Shown here piece by piece: positions 8,701 to 16,926 of a stretch of 20,174 nucleotides of DNA (its first letter is position 1; each line of letters opens with the position of its first letter). The notes below the pieces were generated by a model that did not search any database, was not told the DNA's origin, and saw only the letters and a program-made list of their open reading frames with translations. A program made the position numbers and the translations under genes. The stretch lies in assembly GCA_040220235.1 (NCBI GenBank), contig JAVJTO010000093.1; one strand, written 5' to 3'. This DNA comes from Coleofasciculus sp. B1-GNL1-01 (GTDB taxonomy: Bacteria > Cyanobacteriota > Cyanobacteriia > Cyanobacteriales > Coleofasciculaceae).

Positions 8701-11420
8701 TCTTCAGGTAAACGAATTCCCAATAAATTCAGCACTTGCAGTCCAAGATGAATCGCTTCTTTGAGATTATTTTGCGACGCGATCGCTTGAATCTTAACTT
8801 CATACACATTAACTTTTTCTAGCACGGTTTTAGCATGGGCGAAGAGAACCTCAGTCAATTCTTCCATTACCGTAAACTTGCCACCTAAATAGGCAGCTTG
8901 GGCGGCTTCTTCATATAAGGCTAAAGTTAAGTTATAGTCCCATTGCCAACTCTCTGCACCCAGAAGTTCTCGCCCCACGGTTAAATAGTTGAGCGCTGCA
9001 CCATAAGCGGCTGATCCTTTGGCTTTTTGACCCGCGATTAAATTCAATTGGGCGATTTGATGGCGTTCGGCTTGACTAATTTCTCCTGATGGATAATCCC
9101 AAGGATCACCAATCCCTTGATTCAGATGATCAACGATTGCAAATATTTTATCCGCTAAGGTTTCCGAGTCAGCACTCTGCCAAAGTAGACGACCAATTTG
9201 TAAGTGAACCGCTTTCTTTTGGCACTCATCAATTAAAGCATACGCCGCTTGTTGTACTCGGTCATGCAGGAATTTATACTCGTGAACCAGCAAGTCTGGA
9301 TTGAGTTCTGATAGGGGTACGATTAATTCCGATTGAACGGCTGTGACTAAGTTCGCGAAAATCACATCCTCTGGTTGTTCACAGACAATTGCCAGCGTGG
9401 ATAAGTTGAAATTAGCACCGATACAGGCGGCTAACTGTAAGACATGCTGGGTTGAATTCGGCAGCTTTTTTAACCGATTGGTCATCAATTCGACGACGTT
9501 ATCGGTAATATTTTTTTCCTGAATTTTATTGACATCCCACTGCCATTGATGATTTTGCAGATTGAATTTAATTAAGTTTTCCGCATAAAGATTCCTTAAA
9601 AACTGATTCACGAAAAATGGATTCCCTGCCGTTTTGCTCATCACCAATTCAGCTAAATGCTGGGCGGATGCGGGTGGGGATTTTAAGGTGTCACAAATAA
9701 TTTGGCGAATATGGTCTAATTTTAAAGGAGATAAGGTAATATAGTTAACTGTCGCGCCTTGTTTTTGTAATCCATCTACTGTCATCATTAACGGATGAGT
9801 AGAGTTGACTTCATTATCCCGATAGGCACCGATTAAAAATAGATAATGGATCTCGCTATCGGTCATAATCAGTTGAATTAACTTCAGCGTCGCCAAATCT
9901 ACCCACTGCAAATCATCGAGAAATATCACTAACGGATGTTCGGGTGAGCAAAATGCCCGCATGAACTTGCGAAAGACAATATTAAACCGATTTTGGGCTT
10001 CTTGTGACCCTAATTCTGGCACCGCTGGCTGTTGACCGATAATTCGTTCTACTTCCGGGATAACATCAATAATCACCTGACCATTGCTTCCCAAAGCAGC
10101 TAATAGTTTTTCGCGCCATTGATTGAGTTGGGCTTCGCTTTCAGTTAAGATTTGCTGCACCAATTCCTTAAACGCGCTGACAATAGCCGAGTAGGGAACG
10201 TTGCGTTGAAACTGGTCAAATTTGCCGCAGATAAAATAGCCGCGTAGTCGCGTATTCGGTTTATGAATTTCGGCAACTAAGCAGGATTTACCAATACCAG
10301 AATACCCCGCTACTAGCATCATCTCGATGGGGGGATGAGACGTGGAGAGTGAACCATCGACGCAAGAATTTACCGATTTATGAATGTCCTGATCCTCTCG
10401 ATTCGCCACGCGATCAAAAGCCGCGAGTAAGGTGTCCACTTCTGCCTCTCGCCCATAAAGTTTTTGGGGGATTTGGAACTGTTCGGAGATATCGTGAGAA
10501 CCCAGAGTAAAGTCGTTAATTGTTCCCGTCTCGGCTAATTGTCTCTGACAGGTTTGCAAATCAGCCACCAGTCCCCAAGCACTCTGATACCGTTCTTCAG
10601 CGGTTTTTGCCATCAGTTTCATGACAATATTAGAAACGGTTGGCGGAATGGGTTTCAGAGGTTTTACCGGAACGTCTCTAGGCGCTTTTTCAAGCACAAG
10701 ATGGGGCGGTGTCGGAACTTTGGCAATATGACAATGGACTAATTCTATAGCATCCTTTGTCTCAAAGGGTAGCGTTCCAGTTAGGAGTTCATAGAAGGTG
10801 ACACCTAGGGAGTAAAAATCGGTGCGATAGTCGAGCGAACGATTCATCCGCCCGGTTTGTTCAGGGGAAATATAGGCTAAGGTTCCTTCTAAGACATGAG
10901 GATTTTTGAGTGCTGGATTTTCGCGGGTAAGCTGGGTGGAGATGCCAAAGTCAATGATTTTGAGTTGTCCAGTTTCGGGGTTGAAGACAATATTGCTGGG
11001 GTTAATATCTTTATGAATGACGTGAACCCCATGAATCTGGGCGAGAATTTCGGCTATCTTGATGGCAATGTTGAGAAAGTCTCGTAGAGGTAGAGGTGAG
11101 GATAGTGTTGTTGGCTGACTCATCCACTGTTTTAAGGAGTCACCGCCAAAATCCTCTAAGATGATGACTAAGGTTCTCTGATAGGGTTGGATACAATATG
11201 CCTTAACTACGCCATTAATTGTCAGATTGTGGGTAATTTCATACTCTTGTCGATATCGAGTTAACTCTTGCGGAGTGGGATAGTCTTGTTTAAGTACTTT
11301 GAGAATCACAGGTTGGTGTTCCCCTTCCTGAATACCGCGATAAACTAAGGTATTAGCACTTTCGTAGAGTTGGGACAGAATGCGGTAGTGAGCAATTTTT
11401 AAAGTCGTGTTATTCGTCAT
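5793..11420 (-). CDS. Multidomain Ser/Thr kinase - AAA ATPase - helical/TPR-like - GAF - histidine kinase (1875 aa, HstK-like architecture)
   Basis: Kinase motifs VILKVL, HKDINPSNI, DFG and GTLAYISPEQ; Walker A GYSGIGKS and Walker B LVIFLDD; GAF (SVLCAPLLNQG...YLENN); H-box AHEINTPLG, N-box NQVWTNLIHNA, DSGKGI, FQPFFTTK and GSGLGL. Confidence 0.95.
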   Translation of the reverse strand: MTNNTTLKIAHYRILSQLYESANTLVYRGIQEGEHQPVILKVLKQDYPTPQELTRYRQEYEITHNLTINGVVKAYCIQPYQRTLVIILEDFGGDSLKQWMSQPTTLSSPLPLRDFLNIAIKIAEILAQIHGVHVIHKDINPSNIVFNPETGQLKIIDFGISTQLTRENPALKNPHVLEGTLAYISPEQTGRMNRSLDYRTDFYSLGVTFYELLTGTLPFETKDAIELVHCHIAKVPTPPHLVLEKAPRDVPVKPLKPIPPTVSNIVMKLMAKTAEERYQSAWGLVADLQTCQRQLAETGTINDFTLGSHDISEQFQIPQKLYGREAEVDTLLAAFDRVANREDQDIHKSVNSCVDGSLSTSHPPIEMMLVAGYSGIGKSCLVAEIHKPNTRLRGYFICGKFDQFQRNVPYSAIVSAFKELVQQILTESEAQLNQWREKLLAALGSNGQVIIDVIPEVERIIGQQPAVPELGSQEAQNRFNIVFRKFMRAFCSPEHPLVIFLDDLQWVDLATLKLIQLIMTDSEIHYLFLIGAYRDNEVNSTHPLMMTVDGLQKQGATVNYITLSPLKLDHIRQIICDTLKSPPASAQHLAELVMSKTAGNPFFVNQFLRNLYAENLIKFNLQNHQWQWDVNKIQEKNITDNVVELMTNRLKKLPNSTQHVLQLAACIGANFNLSTLAIVCEQPEDVIFANLVTAVQSELIVPLSELNPDLLVHEYKFLHDRVQQAAYALIDECQKKAVHLQIGRLLWQSADSETLADKIFAIVDHLNQGIGDPWDYPSGEISQAERHQIAQLNLIAGQKAKGSAAYGAALNYLTVGRELLGAESWQWDYNLTLALYEEAAQAAYLGGKFTVMEELTEVLFAHAKTVLEKVNVYEVKIQAIASQNNLKEAIHLGLQVLNLLGIRLPEEPSAADLQNGIEETAVIVALHEIEDLINLPEMTAAEPLAAVLILSNLIAAAYIAAPDLFVLIASSMVQLSVKYGNAPLSAFGYACYGCILLDRQHNFEAGYQLGKLALSLVNWFNAQQVKCKVLEVLGAHNLHWKEHFSQTVPILIEGYHSGIETGDFEFAGYCAFYTCDHLYFSGVELAQLEQEITTYSQAVRQIRRESPFNWTAIFLQAVQNLRGQGENPTQLTGKAYNEETSLPRALAANDRTELHLFYLNKLILCYLFGEVEQAVENAVLAEQYLNGVTAMIVIPIFYFYDSLAHLALVSEATPTDKQALINRVNANQEKMQIWANHGPMNQQHKLDLVTAEKARVLGEVVTAMEWYEQAINGARENGYIQEEALAYNLAALFYQHRGMDRVAHTYLKEAHYAYMRWGATAKVKDLEAQHPQLFAPSSPVSFLTDSRTTVSSVSQRNQSASALDFATLMKASEAIGSEIELSKLLAALMKILIENTGAQTGMLILNQSGEWVIEASLNGETNQVTVLQSLPVANHLPLSIINYVTHTQETVVKTNAAKIGKFTNDPYIQAHQTQSVLCAPLLNQGQLSGIVYLENNLATDAFTPDRLEVLQLLSGQAAIAIDNARLYNTLEQKVAARTQELKNTLDSLKATQDELIQSEKMAALGQLIAGIAHEINTPLGAIRSSAGNISKFLSQTLEQLPTLFQSLSPEEGQDFLNMLQRSLQNESDLTAKEERKRRRVLVRQLEAEEIQDADTLADTLVDMGIYENIEDFFHLLKRPDSSHLLETAYKLSGLQRGTQTINTATERASKVVFALKTYSRYDESGVMIPANLTAGIETVLTLYQNQLKHGINVIRNYDELPPILCYADELNQVWTNLIHNALQAMDNKGTLTIDVKQKNQQINVSITDSGKGIPPEIKAKIFQPFFTTKSAGEGSGLGLDIVKKIIEKHQGKIDIESIPGKTTFTVSLPFRTAEG

Positions 11421-11510
11421 TTGTCATTTATTCGTTATTTATCGAAAAGAAGCACTTCTTCCCCAGAAGTTAGCAAAGGGAACCTGTTAGGGACAGCACA
11501 AACTGTTCTC

Positions 11511-11585
11511 GTAGGTTGGGTAAAGCGTCAGCGAAACCCAACAGGCTAACGATGACGTTGGGTTTTGTTCCTCAACCCAACCTAC
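11511..11585. repeat. Inverted REP doublet (GTAGGTTGGG...CCCAACCTAC)
   Basis: Two GTAG-ended hairpin units in inverted orientation, in the divergent intergenic region. Confidence 0.85.
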
Positions 11586-11862
11586 AAAGGTGATATACTC
11601 CCATCAGCGACAGCCAATAGTATCCACGTTGTCTATAGAGAGCGATCGCGAAACCCACCCGGAAAAAGTAACGGTAAATGACACCCGACAATGAAGCGTT
11701 AGCGTGGCTTACCTTTATTTAACACATACAGTTTTATGTAATTATACTCTATGAAGACTTATTAGATGCTTAAATCAAGCTTAATTTTATTTGTTTATGT
11801 CATACATTTATATGACTTGTAATACAGCCCAGTTATAAATCGAAACCATTGTGATCAACTGA

Positions 11863-13641
11863 ATGTGGATAACCAATTTGCACCGTTTTCTCACAGGTAC
11901 AACGAAGCCTTACTTTAGGGTTTGGTTGACGCTGAGTCTACTAATTGCCACACTTTACGGCACTTTAGCCCTTCAACCCGCCTTCAGCAGCGAGTACGTG
12001 GTGCAGGATGATGCGCGACAACACGTCTTCTGGATGCGGCGATTTTTAGATCCAGAGTTATTTCCGAATGATATCATTGCCGATTATTTCCAATCGGTTG
12101 CACCGTTAGGATATCGCGCCCTGTATCATTTCATAGCAAAACTTGGCATTGATCCGATTGTTTTGAGTAAAGTTCTGCCCCTGGTTTTGGGATTAGTTAC
12201 CACAGGTTACTGTTTTGGCGTGGCGGTGCAATTGTTACCCATACCTCTGACTGGATTGATCGCCTCTGTACTACTTAATCAAAATCTGTGGATGCAGGAT
12301 GGGTTAATATCGGGAACTCCCAAGGCGTTTATTTATCCTATCCTGTTGGCATTTTTGTATTATGGGATGCGCCAGTCGCTGATCGGAATCGGAATCGCGA
12401 TCGCGCTGTTAGGATTATTCTATCCCTCATTGGTGCTAGTCTGCGCGGTGTTTCTAATTTTACAGTTATGGCGGTTTAACCGAAAAGTCCCCTATCCGTC
12501 TCAAACTCGCCGCGATTATTGGTTCTGTTTCACGGGTTTGGCGGTAGCGTTTGTGGTGTTATTCCCTTACACGATGAGTCTGTCAGAATTTGCCCCAGTC
12601 ATTACCGCCGCACAAGCCAAAGGTTTACCCGATTTCTTATCTGAAGGGCGAACCCGCTTTTTTGTCAACGATGCTTGGTCATTCTGGTTTAATGGACGCA
12701 GTGGTATCCGCATTGATACAGCCTTAGCGCCGCCTCTGAGTTATTTGGGGTTGCTATTACCTGTTCTATTACGCTTTCCCTCTCGTTTTCCCCTCACCAA
12801 GCAGATAACTGGAAAGATGGGAGTCTTGGTCAAATTCCTAGTCGCGTCCGCTATTTTATTTTTAGCCGCCCATGCCCTGCTGTTCAAACTGCACCTACCC
12901 AGCCGTTATACTCAGCATAGCCTGCGGATTGCGATCGCGCTGGCGGCGGCAATCGTTATTACCCTAATCCTAGACGCGGTTTTCGCGTGTAGAGACGTGC
13001 CATGGCGCATCTCTACGGTCAAATTGGGATCAGTTTTGGCATTGGGGTTAACCAGTGTAATCGGAATTACCTTAATCGGATATCCTCACTTGGTTCTGAA
13101 TACGTTTCCCTGGACGGCTTATATTGGTGGCAATGTGCCGACGTTATATGAGTTTTTCCAACAGCAACCCAAAGACAGTAAAATTGCCTCGTTAGTAGAA
13201 GAAGCGAATAATTTACCCACGTTTGCTCAACGGTCAATTTTAGTGGGTCGCGAATATGCAATTCCCTATCATTGGGGCTATTATCGCCAATTTCGCCAGC
13301 GGATGTCGGATTTAATTGAAGCCCAATATAGTCCAGATTTGGCGATTGTCCAGGAATTTATCCAAAAGTATGGGATTGATTTTTGGCTGCTACCGACTAC
13401 ACCGTTAACCGCCGAATCGATTGCGAATGATTCTTGGTTGATGCAGTACCAACCTGCGGCAAATCAAGCCATCGCTCAACTTAAAGCTGGTAAACAACCT
13501 GTTTTGGCATCGTTGAGAACTGATTGTGCGGTTTGGGAAACGCCGGGATTGATGGTTTTAGAGGCAGAGTGTATTTTACAGCAAAGCACCATTTTCAATA
13601 GAACGGTTAGAAACCGCAGCTACACTTTAGATTTTATGTAA
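11863..13641 (+). CDS. Polytopic membrane protein (592 aa), possibly GT-C-fold glycosyltransferase-like
   Basis: About 10 hydrophobic segments, an acidic DD motif (VVQDDARQH) in the loop after the first TM helix, and a soluble C-terminal domain. The CDS is solid; the function is inferred from topology only. Confidence 0.75.
   Translation: MWITNLHRFLTGTTKPYFRVWLTLSLLIATLYGTLALQPAFSSEYVVQDDARQHVFWMRRFLDPELFPNDIIADYFQSVAPLGYRALYHFIAKLGIDPIVLSKVLPLVLGLVTTGYCFGVAVQLLPIPLTGLIASVLLNQNLWMQDGLISGTPKAFIYPILLAFLYYGMRQSLIGIGIAIALLGLFYPSLVLVCAVFLILQLWRFNRKVPYPSQTRRDYWFCFTGLAVAFVVLFPYTMSLSEFAPVITAAQAKGLPDFLSEGRTRFFVNDAWSFWFNGRSGIRIDTALAPPLSYLGLLLPVLLRFPSRFPLTKQITGKMGVLVKFLVASAILFLAAHALLFKLHLPSRYTQHSLRIAIALAAAIVITLILDAVFACRDVPWRISTVKLGSVLALGLTSVIGITLIGYPHLVLNTFPWTAYIGGNVPTLYEFFQQQPKDSKIASLVEEANNLPTFAQRSILVGREYAIPYHWGYYRQFRQRMSDLIEAQYSPDLAIVQEFIQKYGIDFWLLPTTPLTAESIANDSWLMQYQPAANQAIAQLKAGKQPVLASLRTDCAVWETPGLMVLEAECILQQSTIFNRTVRNRSYTLDFM
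12989..13016 (+). repeat. REP-like palindrome inside a CDS
   Basis: GTAGAGACGTGCCATGGCGCATCTCTAC, translated in frame within CRDVPWRIST. Confidence 0.88.
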
Positions 13642-13840
13642 GGTAGGGGAGGAAGTATTGCCTGGGTTTAGTTTAGAAATTCTGTAGGGGCGGGTTTAGC
13701 TGACTTTTCACGCTATGGGGAAAAATTAACATCAAACCTAACCAGGGGGAAGCCAGCAGATGCTTCGTTTTTTGTTCCATGGGGGAGAATTCAAAGCCTT
13801 CTCAAGAGCAGGAGAGAGGTTTGGAGAGAGGTACACAACA

Positions 13841-13875
13841 AAGATCCCCCACTTCTTGGAGAAGTCGGGGATCTT
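13841..13875. terminator. Strong hairpin between convergent genes (repeat-derived, possible bidirectional terminator)
   Basis: AAGATCCCCCACTTCT-TGG-AGAAGTCGGGGATCTT: 16-bp stem with one mismatch. No long U tract. Confidence 0.5.
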
Positions 13876-13950
13876 GCTTGAGGCTGTACCTCATCGTCTG
13901 GAGTTGTTCATTAGACGAAGCGGGTTGTCCCTACAGGATATTTCGTCTCC

Positions 13951-14811
13951 TTACCGGGATAGCGTCGCTTCTTGTGCCACATCCCCTAAGTTAAATAGGA
14001 ATGGCACACTACTATTGGAATCACCACCCATGACCAAAACTTTCGGCATTTGCGCCCCACCTTGTTTCCAGGCTTCAATCGCTTCTTTTTGCAGAACTAA
14101 GGGTCCACCTTGTTCTCTCAGGGTTTCCGCTAATAGTCGTTGGGCTTCGGCTCTACCCTTAGCGCGATTAATATCCGCTTGGGCTTGTTGTTCGGCTTCC
14201 CGGGCAACGTAAACAGCACGTTGCGCCCGTTGTTCAGCGATTTGTTTTTCCTCAACCGCCCTGGAGAACTCTGGGGAGAAGGTTAGGTCAACGACGCTGG
14301 TATCTAGGACGATGATGCCATACTTTTCCAATCGTTCATTCAAAGCATTATCAAAGTCCTGCTTTAGTTCAGTCCGTTTGGTGATGGCTTCTTCTACCGT
14401 TCGCCGAGCCGCTGCAACTTTGAACGATTCCTGAGTTTGAGGGGCGATAATTTTCGAGACGATATTCTGTAATGTGCCTTGTGTGCGTCGGATCTGAACC
14501 ACCTGTGTGGGGTCAAGGCGGAAGTTAATCGCGAAGCTAGCCGATAGATCCTGAAGATCCTTGGTGGAACTCTGAGCAGGAACTTCAAATTTTTGCACAG
14601 TCACATCATATACGTCCACCACTGAAATTAGGGGGGGCTTGATGTGGATTCCCTCTAGTAAGGCTCCATCTCTCGCTTTACCCAAGATGCTGATGACCCC
14701 GGCTTGACCTGGGTTGATGATCACAAAGGAGCTAAAGCTAAGGAGAATCAAGGCTGCTGCGATAACCCCTCCCACTAAAGCTTGCCAATTCTGTGAATTC
14801 TGATACTTCAA
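13951..14811 (-). CDS. Prohibitin/SPFH (band 7) family membrane protein
   Basis: TTG start after GGAGAG; one N-terminal TM helix; EGIHIKPP, SSTKDLQ, FSPEFSRAVEEKQIAEQ and an AE-rich coiled coil. Confidence 0.92.
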   Translation of the reverse strand: MKYQNSQNWQALVGGVIAAALILLSFSSFVIINPGQAGVISILGKARDGALLEGIHIKPPLISVVDVYDVTVQKFEVPAQSSTKDLQDLSASFAINFRLDPTQVVQIRRTQGTLQNIVSKIIAPQTQESFKVAAARRTVEEAITKRTELKQDFDNALNERLEKYGIIVLDTSVVDLTFSPEFSRAVEEKQIAEQRAQRAVYVAREAEQQAQADINRAKGRAEAQRLLAETLREQGGPLVLQKEAIEAWKQGGAQMPKVLVMGGDSNSSVPFLFNLGDVAQEATLSR

Positions 14812-14931
14812 CGTTTACTCTCCTTACTTAAACGCCATTGGCGACTCTTTCCAGCCTACCAATGTTCAGACCGAGTTGCGCTGATCAGGGGAAGATAGGG
14901 AAGCTGGGGTGATGGGGTGATGGGCTAAGTA

Positions 14932-15137
14932 GGGGCTGCTGAATAAGTGTTGTGGTGAGGGGGAGCTGGGGAAGCTGGGGGAGCTGAGGGAGCTGGGGGA
15001 GCAAGGGTACATTTTCCCTGAGCAAGGTGATGCCATACTTATGAAGGATGCTACCCTATTTCCTTGCACTTTATCCACTGTCCATACGCCTCAAAGTATT
15101 GATGGGCTTTGCAGTTTCGGCTTTGTGCAGCAAGCCC
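14932..15137. mobile_element. MITE copy 2 (206 bp), inverted relative to copy 1
   Basis: Ends GGGGCTGCTG...CAGCAAGCCC, flanked by direct TAAGTA at 14926-14931 and 15138-15143. The body aligns with the reverse complement of 249-443. Confidence 0.9.
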
Positions 15138-15214
15138 TAAGTAGTCGGACAGAGTTATTACAACCAAAGAGTTTTAAGTCTTGACCCGCCGCAACCCTCG
15201 ATAAAATCGGGTTT

Positions 15215-15280
15215 GTAGGGGCGGGTTTAGGGACTAATTTTGATTGTTTTCCCTCGTTTGGTTACAAAACCCGCCCTGAC
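15215..15280. repeat. REP-like inverted pair GTAGGGGCGGGTTT...AAACCCGCCC
   Basis: 10-bp inverted arms; the same left arm occurs alone at 13684-13699. Confidence 0.8.
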
Positions 15281-15323
15281 TCAGGTTTAAGAGCTTCTGT
15301 TCCCTGTTCCCTGTTCCCCAATC

Positions 15324-15959
15324 TTAGACAGATACAGGCGTTTTCAGAAGGGTAACAAAGTTCGATAGAATTTGTAAGCCTGCGGTGGACGACTTTTCGG
15401 GATGGAACTGAACCGCCATCATATTATCCCGTGCGATCGCAGCCGTGACTTGTTGTGATCCGTGGGTGACAGTAGCAGCGCGAATCGTTGGATCAACGGG
15501 GTCAACGTAGTAGGAATGGACAAAATAAACTTGCGGGTTCTCAGATAACTGCATCCACAAAGGACAATCCGGTTGAGTCAACTCCAAGTGATTCCACCCC
15601 ATGTGCGGAATGCGGATATCCGGTTCTGGCTGAAATCGCCGCACTTTTCCAGGAATAATCCCTAATCCGGGTTCTTTTCCTTCTTCTGAACCCTCAAACA
15701 GAATTTGCAACCCCAAACAGATACCCAGGAACGGTTTACCACTGGCAATCACCCGTTTAATCGGTTCCTCAAGTCCGCGCGATCGCAAATGCTGTACAGC
15801 AGGATCAAATGAACCAACTCCCGGTAGTACCACTGCATCCGCCTGTTCAATCTCAGCCGCGACATCCGTTATCTTGGTTGTTGCACCTGCATTCTCCAAC
15901 CCTTTACAAGCCGAGTGCAAGTTACCCATATCGTAATCAACCACCGCAATGATTGGCAT
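15324..15959 (-). CDS. hisH: Imidazole glycerol phosphate synthase, glutamine amidotransferase subunit
   Basis: DYDMGNLHS, LPGVGSF, GICLG nucleophile, PHMGWN, YFVHSYY and QFHPEKS. Confidence 0.97.
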   Translation of the reverse strand: MPIIAVVDYDMGNLHSACKGLENAGATTKITDVAAEIEQADAVVLPGVGSFDPAVQHLRSRGLEEPIKRVIASGKPFLGICLGLQILFEGSEEGKEPGLGIIPGKVRRFQPEPDIRIPHMGWNHLELTQPDCPLWMQLSENPQVYFVHSYYVDPVDPTIRAATVTHGSQQVTAAIARDNMMAVQFHPEKSSTAGLQILSNFVTLLKTPVSV

Positions 15960-16024
15960 GAACCGATTCCTCGTTATTTTTATGGTTCAATCTATATTTT
16001 AGTGAGTTCGGTGCTTAATCATAA

Positions 16025-16714
16025 ATGCCAACAACCATCCTTTTGACCTCCTTTCAAACCTGGTTACCTCATCAGAAATCCAATGCGTCCGATGATTTAC
16101 TCCTCAAACTCCAAGCTGAGAATGACCCATTCCCGGATCAAGCCATATCTTTAACGTTCCTGAGACAGCTACCCGTGGACGTATTTCCAGCCAGCGATTT
16201 AGCGATCGCGCAAATTGAACACCTGCAACCGGATGTGGTAATCTGTTGCGGTATGGCGGAATCCCGTTCCCAATTAACTGTAGAAGTTGGGGCAACGCCT
16301 CGATACCTTGTTGCTCAAGTGTATTGGTTCATTTATTATCTAGTTCTTCAACCAATTTTAAGCCTGAATGGGTTGTCCTATTGTCTTCCCGCTTTCTTTG
16401 GCAATGAGACATCTTTCGAGACTCAATTTCTCGAAACTGCTGTAGACTTAGAGAAATTAGTCGAGGGATTAACTGAAACTGAGATTAGCCATGACGCGGG
16501 TAAATTTGTCTGTGAAGGACTCTATTATCAGCTATTACGCTATTTTCAGGATTATTCGCCAACAACGGGCTGCATTTTTGTCCACGTTCCCGTACTAACC
16601 CCCGAAAATCTAGCCACAATTTTGACTGACTTTCGCCTAATTATTTCCCGAATCGCCCTTTGGTCAACCCTTCAACACCAAAGCCGAAGACGAGACGCAA
16701 CGACAGCAGCTTAG
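16025..16714 (+). CDS. pcp: Pyroglutamyl-peptidase I (peptidase C15) family protein
   Basis: ILLTSF, NAS, LPV, QPDVVICCG; catalytic Glu (LTVE), Cys (DAGKFVCE) and His (FVHVP). Confidence 0.85.
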   Translation: MPTTILLTSFQTWLPHQKSNASDDLLLKLQAENDPFPDQAISLTFLRQLPVDVFPASDLAIAQIEHLQPDVVICCGMAESRSQLTVEVGATPRYLVAQVYWFIYYLVLQPILSLNGLSYCLPAFFGNETSFETQFLETAVDLEKLVEGLTETEISHDAGKFVCEGLYYQLLRYFQDYSPTTGCIFVHVPVLTPENLATILTDFRLIISRIALWSTLQHQSRRRDATTAA

Positions 16715-16789
16715 AGACAAAGGCAATATTGATTCCTTCTGCTTCAATGGAGTTTTTGCAACAGACTTATCCTCAAGCGTCGGTTTAGA

Positions 16790-16887
16790 CTCCCCTCTCC
16801 CGTGCAAAAAAAGCGAAGCATCCTCTGTCCTCCCCCCTCTTGTAGGGGGGAACGAGGGGGGTCGGGAGAGGGGCTGGGGGTGAGGGC
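16790..16887. repeat. Nested GC-rich palindromic repeats between convergent genes
   Basis: Outer arms CCCCTCTCCC...GGGAGAGGGG followed by CTGGGGGTGAGGG; an inner hairpin TCCCCCCT-cttgt-AGGGGGGA lies in the loop. Confidence 0.75.
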
Positions 16888-16926
16888 TGTCGCTTAAGTT
16901 GACCCCTTGAAAACGGCACACTCAGA

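Noticed and set aside
3839..11087. Short antisense or alternate-frame ORFs inside the cyclase and kinase (and likewise inside the transposase, membrane protein, prohibitin, pcp, bioY and bioB)
   Set aside because: Shadow ORFs of well-supported genes with no recognisable motifs.
11586..11862. NtcA (GTA-N8-TAC) or CRP (TGTGA-N6-TCACA) sites in the divergent promoter region
   Set aside because: Only half-sites or wrong spacing were found by eye (e.g. GTAATTATAC, TGTGATCA).
13760..14212. 150-aa and 71-aa plus-strand ORFs
   Set aside because: They start in repeat DNA and are antisense to the prohibitin gene.
16664..16921. 85-aa minus-strand ORF after lspA
   Set aside because: Composed largely of GC-rich palindromic repeats and overlaps the pcp end.
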